In this document: positions 25,471 through 34,731 of the stretch, in pieces
How the letters are laid out: the number at the start of each line of letters is the position of its first letter
How positions within the stretch are numbered: position 1 is the first letter of the stretch
Source: a virus
IMG/VR virus record: IMGVR_UViG_3300021964_000050
Span: 4,337-68,336 of that record
Direction: 5' to 3' (one strand)
DNA length: 64,000 bases
The notes under the pieces: model-generated
Seen by the model: the letters and a program-made list of their open reading frames with translations, nothing else
The model's database searches: none
What the model was told of the DNA's origin: nothing
Program-made: the position numbers and the translations under genes

Positions 25471-27546
25471 ATGGCTAAGACCAAGAACTACAACAAGCAC
25501 CTCCGCCCACAGCGTGGGCTGGGTCAGGCAGTCAGCCGTCAGCGCAAGCGTGCTACCGATCAACTCAAGCGTGAGTCTCAGAACCGCCGTGACCGTGAGC
25601 GTGCCATGGCTCGTGAGTTGTTAGACCAGCGTCGTCGTCAGAACCCACAACAGCGTGCGGAGCATCTGTGGCGACACAACGTACTCAAGGCCACCATCGA
25701 CCATCAGACTGCCGTCATGAAGTCGTACGGCATCAACGTGCCAGTCAAGACTTCCTTCTCTTCCATGTTGTGGGGGCGTCAAAAGAGTCTCAAGGCTTGG
25801 ACAGACCACCAGCAGATTGTCATTCAGTTCCCCGAACATCTGTTGCCGGTTGACCGCACCAACACCGATGCTCTCGTGGACGGCATCGCCACCTTGCGTG
25901 GCGTGTTCCAACACGAGTTGGGTCACATCCGGTTCACCACCCCGTTCCTACAACTGGGCTGGGTAGACTTCACTGACGTCCCGATGCGAGAACTGCACTG
26001 GCCGTGGAACTGTCTGGAAGATCAGCGCATGGAGTCGGCAGTCGTTGCTGACGTGCCTCGTCTGGCTTCGTACTTCACGACGATGATCGTGGAGCACATC
26101 GTCAAGGGCAACGATGCTGACCGCTCGTGGCTCTTGCTCGCCGGTCGGACGTACCTACCCACCATCCTGCGCCAGCAGTCTCGTGACCTCTTCGTAAGCA
26201 TCTACGGAGAATCGTTGGCACGGCGTTGGGAGTCTGAGGTGCAGACGTACATCGGTGCCAAGTCCCACGACGAACTCCGTGAGTCTGTCATCCGTGCCCA
26301 TGCTCTTCTGCAAGAGATCAAGGCTGACATGCCGTCGCCATCAGTTGATGAGCACCACGGAGAGACTGGTCAGTCTGACCCCTCTGATAGTGCTACCGAT
26401 ATCGACAACGACGACTTGGAGAAGGACGAGTCGGGTGACAGCACCGGCACTGCCGATGGCACCGGCGATGAGTCAGACGACGAGGGCGCTGGTGCCGGTG
26501 AGTCCGGCAACGAGTCAGACGCTGACAGCACCACGTCATCCAGTGACGGCGACGAGTCCAGCGACGGCGACGATGGTCAGTCCACCAGTGCCAACGCCGA
26601 CGCTGGTGAGTCCGATCAGGATGCTCAAGCGCAGTCATCGGGCAACGGTGCCACCACTGGCTCTCTTGACACGAGCAACATCCGTAGAGAGATGGAGAGC
26701 ATCATGCGGGAGGCGATAGACGAAGCCATCAACGAGATGCGTGCAGACAGCACCAACAACGAAATCCTCGTTGAGGCTAACGAACTCAGCAATGATACGG
26801 GTTCCATTCCATTCCTTACCGGCCACTCAGCACCTATGTCTGCCGATATGCAGGCAGACGCAGAGGCGCTGGCTGTCGGCATGGAGAACGCACTCAATGA
26901 CTTCGTGTCCGCTAGCCAGCCGGTGTGGATGTCTCATCAGGAGCACGGCATCATCGACCCCATCGCCTTCCGTACCAAGTCGGTCGGTGACATGGACTAC
27001 CGCCGTGGTCTCACCGGAGACTTCACCGAAGGTCTTGACATCCACGTCTCGCTTCTCTGCGACGCATCGGTGTCGATGGAGTACGAGCCGATGCAGGCTC
27101 TGTCCAAGGTCATCTACGCCACCTCCAAGGCGTGCAACAACCTTGGCATCGGCCTGACCACCACGTTGTGGTCATCAGACAGGGACACCTACCGCCTCAG
27201 TCCAGAGGATGTCGGTGCGCCCGTTGTCTACGAAACGCTTGGCGGTACTGACCCCACTGAAGCGCTGGATGATCTGGACAACCACGACATCGGTAACGTG
27301 GAGAACCATCTCGTCATCATCTTCACCGATGGTGACTGGAACAGCGACTTCCCCGGTGTTCATCAGTGGGAGCGCCCCGGTCGCCACACTGTACTCGTGC
27401 AATACAACGGGTACTGGCAGAACATGACCGGCGTGCTGGGACGCACCAGCGACACTCGTGGGTGCGACGAGGCGTTCCGTATCGGAGACGTACTCCAACT
27501 TCCGGTGGAGATGACCAGCGCCATCGCCGGTCTGCTCTCCAAGTGA
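25471..27546 (+). CDS. vWA-domain protein with N-terminal metallopeptidase-like domain (CobT-like partner)
   Basis: HELGH, NCLED.R.E, acidic linker, MIDAS DASVS, GGT, FTDG. Confidence 0.82.
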   Translation: MAKTKNYNKHLRPQRGLGQAVSRQRKRATDQLKRESQNRRDRERAMARELLDQRRRQNPQQRAEHLWRHNVLKATIDHQTAVMKSYGINVPVKTSFSSMLWGRQKSLKAWTDHQQIVIQFPEHLLPVDRTNTDALVDGIATLRGVFQHELGHIRFTTPFLQLGWVDFTDVPMRELHWPWNCLEDQRMESAVVADVPRLASYFTTMIVEHIVKGNDADRSWLLLAGRTYLPTILRQQSRDLFVSIYGESLARRWESEVQTYIGAKSHDELRESVIRAHALLQEIKADMPSPSVDEHHGETGQSDPSDSATDIDNDDLEKDESGDSTGTADGTGDESDDEGAGAGESGNESDADSTTSSSDGDESSDGDDGQSTSANADAGESDQDAQAQSSGNGATTGSLDTSNIRREMESIMREAIDEAINEMRADSTNNEILVEANELSNDTGSIPFLTGHSAPMSADMQADAEALAVGMENALNDFVSASQPVWMSHQEHGIIDPIAFRTKSVGDMDYRRGLTGDFTEGLDIHVSLLCDASVSMEYEPMQALSKVIYATSKACNNLGIGLTTTLWSSDRDTYRLSPEDVGAPVVYETLGGTDPTEALDDLDNHDIGNVENHLVIIFTDGDWNSDFPGVHQWERPGRHTVLVQYNGYWQNMTGVLGRTSDTRGCDEAFRIGDVLQLPVEMTSAIAGLLSK

Positions 27547-27638
27547 CAGAGGTGAGGGGTGTGGATGTCACACCCCTCACCTACTGTTGCGTTATCAACC
27601 CATACCCATACCAACCCATCCCAAACAAGGAGAATCCA

Positions 27639-28175
27639 ATGCCCAACTGGTGCTCAAACCACATCACTATCTCTTCGACCAACGAAGAGTCCATCGACCA
27701 CATCTGGAACGTCATCCACGCTGATGACGACCTCAACCTCATGGGCTTGCGCCCTCGCCCCGATGACGTCGGGGACGGCTGGCACGGCTGGTCAGTCCAA
27801 CACTGGGGTACCAAGTGGTCGCTGGACATCCACAACATCGACCTCGCTGAGTTCTTCGGTGAGTTCACCATCAGCATCGGTGCCGACTCAGCGTGGTCGC
27901 CACCACTGGAACTGCTGGCGTACATCACTGAGCGTTTCACTGACGTCAAAGCCGACATCTCATTCCACGAGCAAGGCATGGACTTCATAGGGTTCGCCCA
28001 CTGTGAGGACGGTCAATACGTCCTCAGCGATGGCTCCATCTCTGACAACCTCCCAGCCGACTTCGACTGGGACAGTGACGACGCCCAAGATGTCGTCAAT
28101 GACACCCTTGACATGTTGCTTGACCAACATGAGACACACGTAATGACCCAACTAACAATGAAAGCAGGTAACTGA
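27639..28175 (+). CDS. DUF1281/YubB ferredoxin-like protein
   Basis: MPNWCSN, W..W...WGTKW, SAWSPP, E.GM.F.G. Confidence 0.8.
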   Translation: MPNWCSNHITISSTNEESIDHIWNVIHADDDLNLMGLRPRPDDVGDGWHGWSVQHWGTKWSLDIHNIDLAEFFGEFTISIGADSAWSPPLELLAYITERFTDVKADISFHEQGMDFIGFAHCEDGQYVLSDGSISDNLPADFDWDSDDAQDVVNDTLDMLLDQHETHVMTQLTMKAGN

Positions 28176-28176
28176 C

Positions 28177-28344
28177 ATGGGGAAATACACCATCACCGTC
28201 TTAGACGAGATCTACACACACAAGTTGGTCGAAGCCGACAGCGAGGAAGCCATCCACGTTGGTGACTACAACGTCATCGAAGAGTGGGAGGCCAACGCTG
28301 GAGAGTGTGACCAAATCATCAACATCGAAAGGAACCCGAAATGA
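28177..28344 (+). CDS. hypothetical protein
   Basis: 55 aa own translation; ATGA coupling downstream. Confidence 0.55.
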   Translation: MGKYTITVLDEIYTHKLVEADSEEAIHVGDYNVIEEWEANAGECDQIINIERNPK

Positions 28345-28601
28345 TATCCCTATCAAACGAAGAGACATCCCTGTTGGACGACGAAGAGACAGCCCTGCTG
28401 GGCAACGAGTACGTCGTCACGTTTATCGCAGACAACTGGAAACTGTCTGTCTGTGTGAAAGGCGTGCAGGATTACAAGTGCGCCGACGAGGGCGAGTTAG
28501 CCATCTGGCTGGCTGACAACCTCATGTGGCACAAGTTGGGGTTCCGTCCCCGAGACATTGCAGAAGTAATCGAATACTACAAAGAGGAGGGAGGTGAATG
28601 A
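28341..28601 (+). CDS. hypothetical protein
   Basis: operon packing, AAAGGA RBS. Confidence 0.65.
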   Translation: MISLSNEETSLLDDEETALLGNEYVVTFIADNWKLSVCVKGVQDYKCADEGELAIWLADNLMWHKLGFRPRDIAEVIEYYKEEGGE

Positions 28602-28917
28602 AATAAACACGCTAACGAAAGATGACTTCGCCACTGAGGTGGCGTACGTCTTGTACTACAACCGTCATCGACTGCCTACGGGCTTCGACACCGACCCTGA
28701 CGACGAGTGGAAACTGGATAGTAAGCAGTGGGAGGAACAAGTCCCCAAATACATCCGTGACCTCGTTGAGCGAGATTTCTACGACAGAAAACTCAACGGT
28801 GAGAAAGTATTCGGCATCGACCCACAGAACGAGTATGTATGGACAATGTTCTGTCTGTGGGAGATGCTGAACGAGATGGGTCTAGAAACAGAAGATGACC
28901 ACCGTCCCTCAGAATGA
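28594..28917 (+). CDS. hypothetical protein
   Basis: GAGGAGG RBS, packing. Confidence 0.65.
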   Translation: MNEINTLTKDDFATEVAYVLYYNRHRLPTGFDTDPDDEWKLDSKQWEEQVPKYIRDLVERDFYDRKLNGEKVFGIDPQNEYVWTMFCLWEMLNEMGLETEDDHRPSE

Positions 28918-28989
28918 GGGAGTATCCACTAACCCAACTACACCTTGATAGGTAACCCCTATCCACGACAATCCGAAAGGACACTCAAC

Positions 28990-29232
28990 ATGAAAGTACC
29001 AAAGGTATGCCCTCTCTGTGAGGGCTGGATTCCCAACAACGAGCAACCGGGGGCGTATCCCGGTGCGCTCTCCCGGCGTGACAATAAGACGGAGATCTGC
29101 TCCGCTTGTGGCACCGCTGAGGCCGTGGAGGACTACTACACGGACATCTACGGGCAGGAAGCCCGTCTTGTACCACTCACCGAAGAGCGAGCAGATAAGT
29201 TGCTCAAAATGATTCTGGAGGACGAAGAGTGA
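28990..29232 (+). CDS. small Zn-finger protein
   Basis: CPLC..ALSR.DNKT.ICSACG. Confidence 0.7.
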   Translation: MKVPKVCPLCEGWIPNNEQPGAYPGALSRRDNKTEICSACGTAEAVEDYYTDIYGQEARLVPLTEERADKLLKMILEDEE

Positions 29233-29459
29233 GTTCATACGACAACTGGAAATGCACCGACCCTGCCCTTGAGGGGGCAGAGGATTGGGAGCGTGAGTGC
29301 GAGGCGTACGAGGACTCCCCCGAGTACGCCACCGACCTAGAGCAGTGGCTCAAGGAGGCGCACGAAGAAGAGCCTGACGAGACCTTCACGGAGGAGGACT
29401 ACCAGCGCTCTTCTGCGTACGAGAACATCATCGAAGAACGAATGAAACCGGAGTACTGA
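29229..29459 (+). CDS. acidic hypothetical protein
   Basis: GTGA coupling; YDNWK motif. Confidence 0.65.
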   Translation: MSSYDNWKCTDPALEGAEDWERECEAYEDSPEYATDLEQWLKEAHEEEPDETFTEEDYQRSSAYENIIEERMKPEY

Positions 29460-29460
29460 T

Positions 29461-29742
29461 ATGGCTACGACACTCAAGAACCTACTCATCACCGCACTCT
29501 ATGCAGACGACAAGGTGCGGACAGGTAACTGGACTGCTCACCGCAACCTCTATCGACCACAGTGTGTGCTCGTGTTCCACGGCACCAAGGTCATCATGGA
29601 AGTTGATATGCAAGATAAGACCGTCAACTCGCTCACCTACAAGGTTCCGAAGGCAAAAGAGATGGAGAGCATCTCACGGATCTTGGCTGGCGGCGGGATT
29701 GAGCAGAAATATGAACCAGCACAGAAAGGCATAGGGGTATGA
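29461..29742 (+). CDS. hypothetical protein
   Basis: GGAG RBS, packing. Confidence 0.65.
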   Translation: MATTLKNLLITALYADDKVRTGNWTAHRNLYRPQCVLVFHGTKVIMEVDMQDKTVNSLTYKVPKAKEMESISRILAGGGIEQKYEPAQKGIGV

Positions 29743-29894
29743 CATCGCTACTGGCTTGGCTTGATGACCTGCCTGAGGGCGCAACGCCCGTGACCGAGTG
29801 GACGCCTCGTGCGTTCCTAGCCATCGGCGTGGCCTTGACAGGTATCGCCTACATCATTTACTTTTACAAGACCGACCCCGGAGAGGAGGAATGA
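29739..29894 (+). CDS. small membrane protein
   Basis: 51 aa own translation with one TM segment; ATGA overlaps both sides. Confidence 0.55.
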   Translation: MTSLLAWLDDLPEGATPVTEWTPRAFLAIGVALTGIAYIIYFYKTDPGEEE

Positions 29895-29974
29895 CAATGA
29901 TTGACTGGATGCAGACCATCGCCATCGTAGGGCTGACGCTCTACCTCATCATCTACAAGAAGAAGGAGAAGTAA
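29891..29974 (+). CDS. 27-aa membrane peptide
   Basis: MTMIDWMQTIAIVGLTLYLIIYKKKEK; GAGGAGG RBS; coupled both sides. Confidence 0.5.
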   Translation: MTMIDWMQTIAIVGLTLYLIIYKKKEK

Positions 29975-30258
29975 TGTACGAACTCAACGACCTGCTCCGT
30001 GAGTGGGCACAGAAGCACCAACGGGTGCTGACCGATGACGCATTGGACAACGCTGTCCACGCCGTCAGCGAAATGCTCCCCAGCAAGAAGATGTCACGCC
30101 ACAACGTGCTGACACGCCGTGACGGTAACTACGTCGTCACCGATGGACAGCGTACGTACGTGGCTGGCTCGTTCCGTGAGGCCAAGTATGTGATGGACGT
30201 CTGCCACGCAGAGAACCTTCCAGTCGCTGGCTACATCGCCATGTATTGCGAGGGGTGA
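29974..30258 (+). CDS. hypothetical protein
   Basis: AAGGAG RBS, TAATG coupling. Confidence 0.65.
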   Translation: MYELNDLLREWAQKHQRVLTDDALDNAVHAVSEMLPSKKMSRHNVLTRRDGNYVVTDGQRTYVAGSFREAKYVMDVCHAENLPVAGYIAMYCEG

Positions 30259-30264
30259 GCAGAT

Positions 30265-30519
30265 GTGGAACTTATCTCTATCATCACTAGCAACAATCGC
30301 CCTACGGAGTACACAGGGCTAGGCAACCTTGGCTTCCTATGGATAGTCGGGGCGGTACTGTTAGCAGGCTACATCGCCTGTTTTCTCGTTGGCCGACAGA
30401 TCGGTAAAGCATGGAACAGCGACGACCCACCTTTCGCTAAGAAGGTCATCGACAGCATCGTCAAAGGCAACGCTCCCAAACTCAAAGACCCATCCCATTA
30501 CATGAAAGGCAAGAAATGA
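30265..30519 (+). CDS. membrane protein
   Basis: one TM segment. Confidence 0.6.
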   Translation: MELISIITSNNRPTEYTGLGNLGFLWIVGAVLLAGYIACFLVGRQIGKAWNSDDPPFAKKVIDSIVKGNAPKLKDPSHYMKGKK

Positions 30520-30803
30520 GTATCGAAGTAAAGTCACACAAGCACGAGAAGATGACCGTCGTGTGTGTCACTGGAGAGTCAGAGGCCGTCTCAGAGATCG
30601 GTCTGGACATCCACGACAACGGTACGTCGTGGGCAATCGTTGGCTGGAAGGGCAAGGGCAAGAGCGCCGTATGGGAGTACTTTCTCCCTGAGGGGGCGCA
30701 GAGTACCCTGCTTCACCTACTGTCCACCCAGTCCATGGGTAAGACCGCATGGCATATCAAGCGCATTGCTGAAGAGGCTCGCCAACTAGGTGGTCAGTCA
30801 TGA
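30516..30803 (+). CDS. hypothetical protein
   Basis: ATGA coupling. Confidence 0.6.
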   Translation: MSIEVKSHKHEKMTVVCVTGESEAVSEIGLDIHDNGTSWAIVGWKGKGKSAVWEYFLPEGAQSTLLHLLSTQSMGKTAWHIKRIAEEARQLGGQS

Positions 30804-30892
30804 CCGCTTGGGCGATCTTCTTAGGCGGTGTCGTACTGCTCTCGTATCTCCGCTGGAGATGAGCGTGCTACGGTATCGAAGGAGGTCTAACC

Positions 30893-31024
30893 ATGGCTAA
30901 GAACAGCAAGACATATGAGTGCCCCAACTGTGGCACAACAATCACAATCAACGTCAAGCCGACGTACCCACCAACGTGCAGTAAGCACACCGGCGGTGGC
31001 AAGTTGATGAAAGAAAAGAAGTAA
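30893..31024 (+). CDS. small Zn-ribbon protein
   Basis: 43 aa own translation YECPNC..PTCSKH; AAGGAGGT RBS. Confidence 0.6.
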   Translation: MAKNSKTYECPNCGTTITINVKPTYPPTCSKHTGGGKLMKEKK

Positions 31025-31087
31025 CAATAAGGGCGCACCCAACATCCGGCATACCATACCCATACCCGTACAAAGAAGGAGCACAAC

Positions 31088-31537
31088 ATGCAAACATTCG
31101 CACCCGAAGGTCGTGCCATCGACCACGGCTTCCGAGCACTGGACTACCAACGCTTAGGCAAGCAACGTGTTGAGGCGTGGCAGATTCTCAACGTCCTGCG
31201 TGGCGTAGACAACGAAGGCAACCCCAAGAACCACAAGGGCTGGGTCAACCACCCTGCCACCCGTATGTGGGACGGTCACATCGCTGGCCTAGCGTTCTAC
31301 GGGATGCTCTGCTGTAAGGAGTGGATTAGTCGTGGCTACAACGACTCCATGCTTCACCGCTTTGAGGCCGTCTACGTCAAATACACCGACTGGGGCGACG
31401 ACCCCACACCCCCAGCGTTCTTAGACGACATCTGTATCTCGCACCGGAGCAACCTCATCCGCAAGTTGCCCGAGCATTACCAACCTCTATGGCCTGATAC
31501 ACCGGCAGACTTGCCGTACGTCTGGCCTGTAGCGTAA
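31088..31537 (+). CDS. pyrimidine-dimer DNA glycosylase-like protein (MSMEG_6728 family)
   Basis: MQTF..LD..RLGKQRVEA.QI, GW.NHPA..MW, SHRSNL.RK, LPYVWP. Confidence 0.85.
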   Translation: MQTFAPEGRAIDHGFRALDYQRLGKQRVEAWQILNVLRGVDNEGNPKNHKGWVNHPATRMWDGHIAGLAFYGMLCCKEWISRGYNDSMLHRFEAVYVKYTDWGDDPTPPAFLDDICISHRSNLIRKLPEHYQPLWPDTPADLPYVWPVA

Positions 31538-31655
31538 GGAAGTCAGGTCGGTAACCTAGGTAACCGTGCGTTCTCATTACGCCTCCTTTCGCCTTGGTGA
31601 CTTCCTCCCCTCTCACTCTCTCGTGCAGTCGCAGTGAGAGGGGTGATACCGACCT
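31537..31655. ncRNA. candidate pseudoknotted RNA element
   Basis: crossing 9-bp and 8-bp helices plus an 11-bp hairpin within 120 nt. Confidence 0.45.
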
Positions 31656-31657
31656 CC

Positions 31658-31687
31658 TTGACACCATCCCAACTACAAAAGTAAGGT
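31658..31687 (+). promoter_or_regulatory. promoter for leaderless gene
   Basis: TTGACA-N18-TAAGGT, ATG seven nt later. Confidence 0.6.
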
Positions 31688-31694
31688 TCCATAC

Positions 31695-32210
31695 ATGAAC
31701 ACATTTCATTCCACACATACCACCCATCTCGCACTACGCAATGCCCTGAAAGAGGCATGTTACGAAGTGCTCAAGACCTTTGAGGATCAAGTGCTGACCA
31801 CAGGCGAAGTAACCGAACTGGTCAAGGCAGAGTACCCCGATTTGGTTGACTTCATAGACGCCCCGCAGTCCGATAAGTCACCAGTATCTTCAGTGCTCTT
31901 CCAGATTGCGTCCAACACTAAGGGACAGTTTACGTTCATCAAGAACGTGCGAAAAGGGGAATACGTATTCACGAAGAAGCGTGTACCAACTCGTACTGAC
32001 ATTATGACGTACAACCCTTCGCTTAGGAATAAGAAGAAGAAGGGTGTACAAACAAGGGTGGCCGAGCCGGTCACTGAGAGTGTCACTGTACAACTTCCTG
32101 CCATCAGCAATGCCCCGCACTTCTCGTTCGTGGGCAAGATTGACGGACAACTTGTTATCAAAGACGAGAGAGAGAATCTCTACGTAGTCCAGCCAGCGAA
32201 ACTGGCTTAG
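31695..32210 (+). CDS. hypothetical protein, possible winged-helix DNA-binding domain
   Basis: LTTGEV..V..YP..VSSVL..V.KGEY pattern. Confidence 0.6.
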   Translation: MNTFHSTHTTHLALRNALKEACYEVLKTFEDQVLTTGEVTELVKAEYPDLVDFIDAPQSDKSPVSSVLFQIASNTKGQFTFIKNVRKGEYVFTKKRVPTRTDIMTYNPSLRNKKKKGVQTRVAEPVTESVTVQLPAISNAPHFSFVGKIDGQLVIKDERENLYVVQPAKLA

Positions 32211-32218
32211 CAGTAATG

Positions 32219-32251
32219 AAAGAGGGGAGGCTTCGGCCTCCCCTCTTTTTT
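32219..32251. terminator. terminator at convergence of early island and minus-strand arm
   Basis: AAAGAGGGGAGGC-TTCG-GCCTCCCCTCTTT plus T tract. Confidence 0.9.
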
Positions 32252-32266
32252 GCGTTCTAGGGTCAT

Positions 32267-33004
32267 TTACCAGTCAACCAGCAGGCAGTTATCCCCCAGC
32301 ACTGCCTTGGGGTTATGCACCCCACGGGCGTAGTTCGCCCCTAGTCCGGTAACCCAGACATCGCGCACTTGAGTGTCGTAATGGTGGTGGTAGTGCCCGT
32401 GATACACCTCGCATACGGGGGTGTTATCCACCACAGACAATACCGCTTTACGATTCTGCTCAGAGGCCCTGTCGATTTTGTAGCCCTGCTCACGCAGCCA
32501 GCCACGCAGCGAAGAGTTTGCTGGGGCGTCATGGGACAGGAGTATGTCTGCCCTATGGCCGTTGTCGATAGCCCTATGAACGTCAGCGGTACTAACGCTC
32601 TCTTGAGGCCACCAGTTCACGCCTTGTTGACGTCGGTGATAATCGACGCTCACAGCACCGCCTAGGAACAGCACTGTTTTGTTGCCGATCTTCAGTGTGC
32701 TCCCACGGGGGCAGTAGAACATACGTTCGTGGAAGTGCTTGATCGGCTTCTTGGGGTGCTTACCTTTCCGTATCTCTGAACGGATGTAGTCGTGTTGGTC
32801 GTGGTTACCGTCTAGCCATAGCCATTTGCGTCGCTCGTCAGCATCCAGCCATGCCCTGATCGACGTCAGTACGTTAGGGCTGAAGTCGTAGCCGAAGTCA
32901 CCCAGTTGGATGATGTATGTCGCCCCATGTGTCTTGGCTAGTCGGTTGATGCTGGAGATGAACTTAGCGTCGCCGTGGGTATCCCCGACGAGCAGTACCT
33001 TCAC
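32267..33004 (-). CDS. metallophosphoesterase (calcineurin-like)
   Basis: GDTHG, LGDFG, DGNHD, SHDAP, HGHYH. Confidence 0.9.
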   Translation of the reverse strand: MKVLLVGDTHGDAKFISSINRLAKTHGATYIIQLGDFGYDFSPNVLTSIRAWLDADERRKWLWLDGNHDQHDYIRSEIRKGKHPKKPIKHFHERMFYCPRGSTLKIGNKTVLFLGGAVSVDYHRRQQGVNWWPQESVSTADVHRAIDNGHRADILLSHDAPANSSLRGWLREQGYKIDRASEQNRKAVLSVVDNTPVCEVYHGHYHHHYDTQVRDVWVTGLGANYARGVHNPKAVLGDNCLLVDW

Positions 33005-34074
33005 TTCATGGACTCCAATAGGTCTATGAGAGCCTTAGCGCCAATGGCTATGTCTCTCTGTCGGACAAGTTCTAACAACGCTTGCTGGTACTCTTCACGA
33101 ATACCCTTGTCCAACATCTTAGTCAAAGCCTTTATCCAGTCTCGTGGACGCTTAGCCAGTATGAATCCCGTACCCCAGTCCTCGTGGAGTTCCTTGTATG
33201 CCGACAATGGGGAGGCTATGAAAGGGATACCAGCAGAAGCGTATTCCAGCCCCTTGATATCGCTCTTAGCATGGTTGAAAGGTATGTCATTCAGGGGGAC
33301 AAGGCCAACATTCATCGTCAGCATCTCTTGATACTGGTATGAGGGGCGTAGTGGAGTAGTCCCCACTAGTGACTCATCAACTTTCAGGGCATCGGCAAAC
33401 TTGGGCGCACTCTCATCATGACCGGCATGAAGCAACTTGATACTGTCGTTACGTAAGAACTGCGGGAAGATTCCAGAGAGAATCTCAAGATCACCGGAGC
33501 GGTGAGCAGTAGACCCTACCCACCCTACGGTAGGGGTATCGGGCTGATCTACCGCAGAGAACTTAGCGGTATCGACAGTGTTCTTCAGTACCGTCGTAGG
33601 CACCTTGAACTTCTCCCTAACTTTCTCAGCGATGTAAGGTGTGCTAGAGATAACGAAGTCACAACTCGCCACATTACGTGCGTAGAACACCGTGTTCTCT
33701 TCTTTGTTGTATTTGGGGTGCGATACCTTCCAAGCGTTGTTGCGTGGGTCTAGCGCCCAGTACCAGTCGTCAATGTCGTGTACGACAATCTGACCAGCCT
33801 CCTGAGCCAGTCTCGTAGTGTCGGCTACACCTTCGTGCATAATGCGCTGAACGATGAGGAGGTCGGGGGACATCTTTTCTTTGGTGTAGCCATCTGCCAC
33901 CTCAATGTGGTCTCTGACCTTCCACATGGTGCCAACTGTGACTTCATGCCCAGCCTCACGGAGGTATGGGATGTATTGACCGATGCGTGCCCAGCCAGCG
34001 CCTCCCCACTGCTCATTGCCTGTGGGGGACTTCTCAGGTCGCAGGTAATCGGCGCTTGCTACGCCTATCTTCAC
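33001..34074 (-). CDS. GT-B glycosyltransferase
   Basis: DIDD, VGWVGS..H..DL, PL....FN..KS.IK.LEY...G.P.IAS. Confidence 0.85.
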   Translation of the reverse strand: MKIGVASADYLRPEKSPTGNEQWGGAGWARIGQYIPYLREAGHEVTVGTMWKVRDHIEVADGYTKEKMSPDLLIVQRIMHEGVADTTRLAQEAGQIVVHDIDDWYWALDPRNNAWKVSHPKYNKEENTVFYARNVASCDFVISSTPYIAEKVREKFKVPTTVLKNTVDTAKFSAVDQPDTPTVGWVGSTAHRSGDLEILSGIFPQFLRNDSIKLLHAGHDESAPKFADALKVDESLVGTTPLRPSYQYQEMLTMNVGLVPLNDIPFNHAKSDIKGLEYASAGIPFIASPLSAYKELHEDWGTGFILAKRPRDWIKALTKMLDKGIREEYQQALLELVRQRDIAIGAKALIDLLESMK

Positions 34075-34331
34075 AACGCCTTGCGCTCCTTGGCGGTGAG
34101 GCCACCCCACACGCCGTCACGTTCGTCGTTCTTGGTAGCAAACTCTAGACAATGCTCTACAACGGGACAGGTGGCGCAGATGGCTTTGGCTTCTGCCACA
34201 CGCTTCCAGTCAAAGAAGATGTCACCGTGCTCAGCGCAGGCTGACAGCAGACGCCACGACGAGTCATCGTCGTTGAACTTGAGAGATGGCAGGTCGGTGT
34301 AAAGTGGGAGTGTATCTTCGGTATGGCTCAT
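34071..34331 (-). CDS. whiB: WhiB family transcription factor
   Basis: SAC..AKAICATCPVVEHCL..GVWGGLT..ER. Confidence 0.92.
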   Translation of the reverse strand: MSHTEDTLPLYTDLPSLKFNDDDSSWRLLSACAEHGDIFFDWKRVAEAKAICATCPVVEHCLEFATKNDERDGVWGGLTAKERKAL

Positions 34332-34363
34332 GGTGTCAGCATACAGGCTACGTGTGGCAATGT

Positions 34364-34729
34364 TCAAGTCTTACTTCTTGGCCTGCGCTTCAGATGCTTA
34401 CGTATCTCCATCCGCAACTCTGTGATGGACAGGGCAACCTCACTGTCGGCCAACGGCATGACGCATAACTTGTCTAGTGGCAGATAAGTCTTGGTCTTTC
34501 GGTAGACGTTATTACGGCGCTCCTTAGGGGTTTGCCCGCCCCACATACCGTACTCTTCGTCCTGCCCTGCTTCATGGCACTCGTTGATGACCGGGCAGTG
34601 CTCACATACCAGTTTCCCTAAGTCGTAGTACTGTGCTTCGGGGGCAGTGCGCTCTTCCTTGAAGAGGGGTGGATACCACATCTCACTGTGCATACCACGG
34701 CACAAAGCATCGTCAGACCAATGAGCCAT
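34364..34729 (-). CDS. whiB: WhiB family transcription factor with C-terminal extension
   Basis: ALCRG..VCEHCPVINEC..GMWGG.T..ER. Confidence 0.88.
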   Translation of the reverse strand: MAHWSDDALCRGMHSEMWYPPLFKEERTAPEAQYYDLGKLVCEHCPVINECHEAGQDEEYGMWGGQTPKERRNNVYRKTKTYLPLDKLCVMPLADSEVALSITELRMEIRKHLKRRPRSKT

Positions 34730-34731
34730 TA

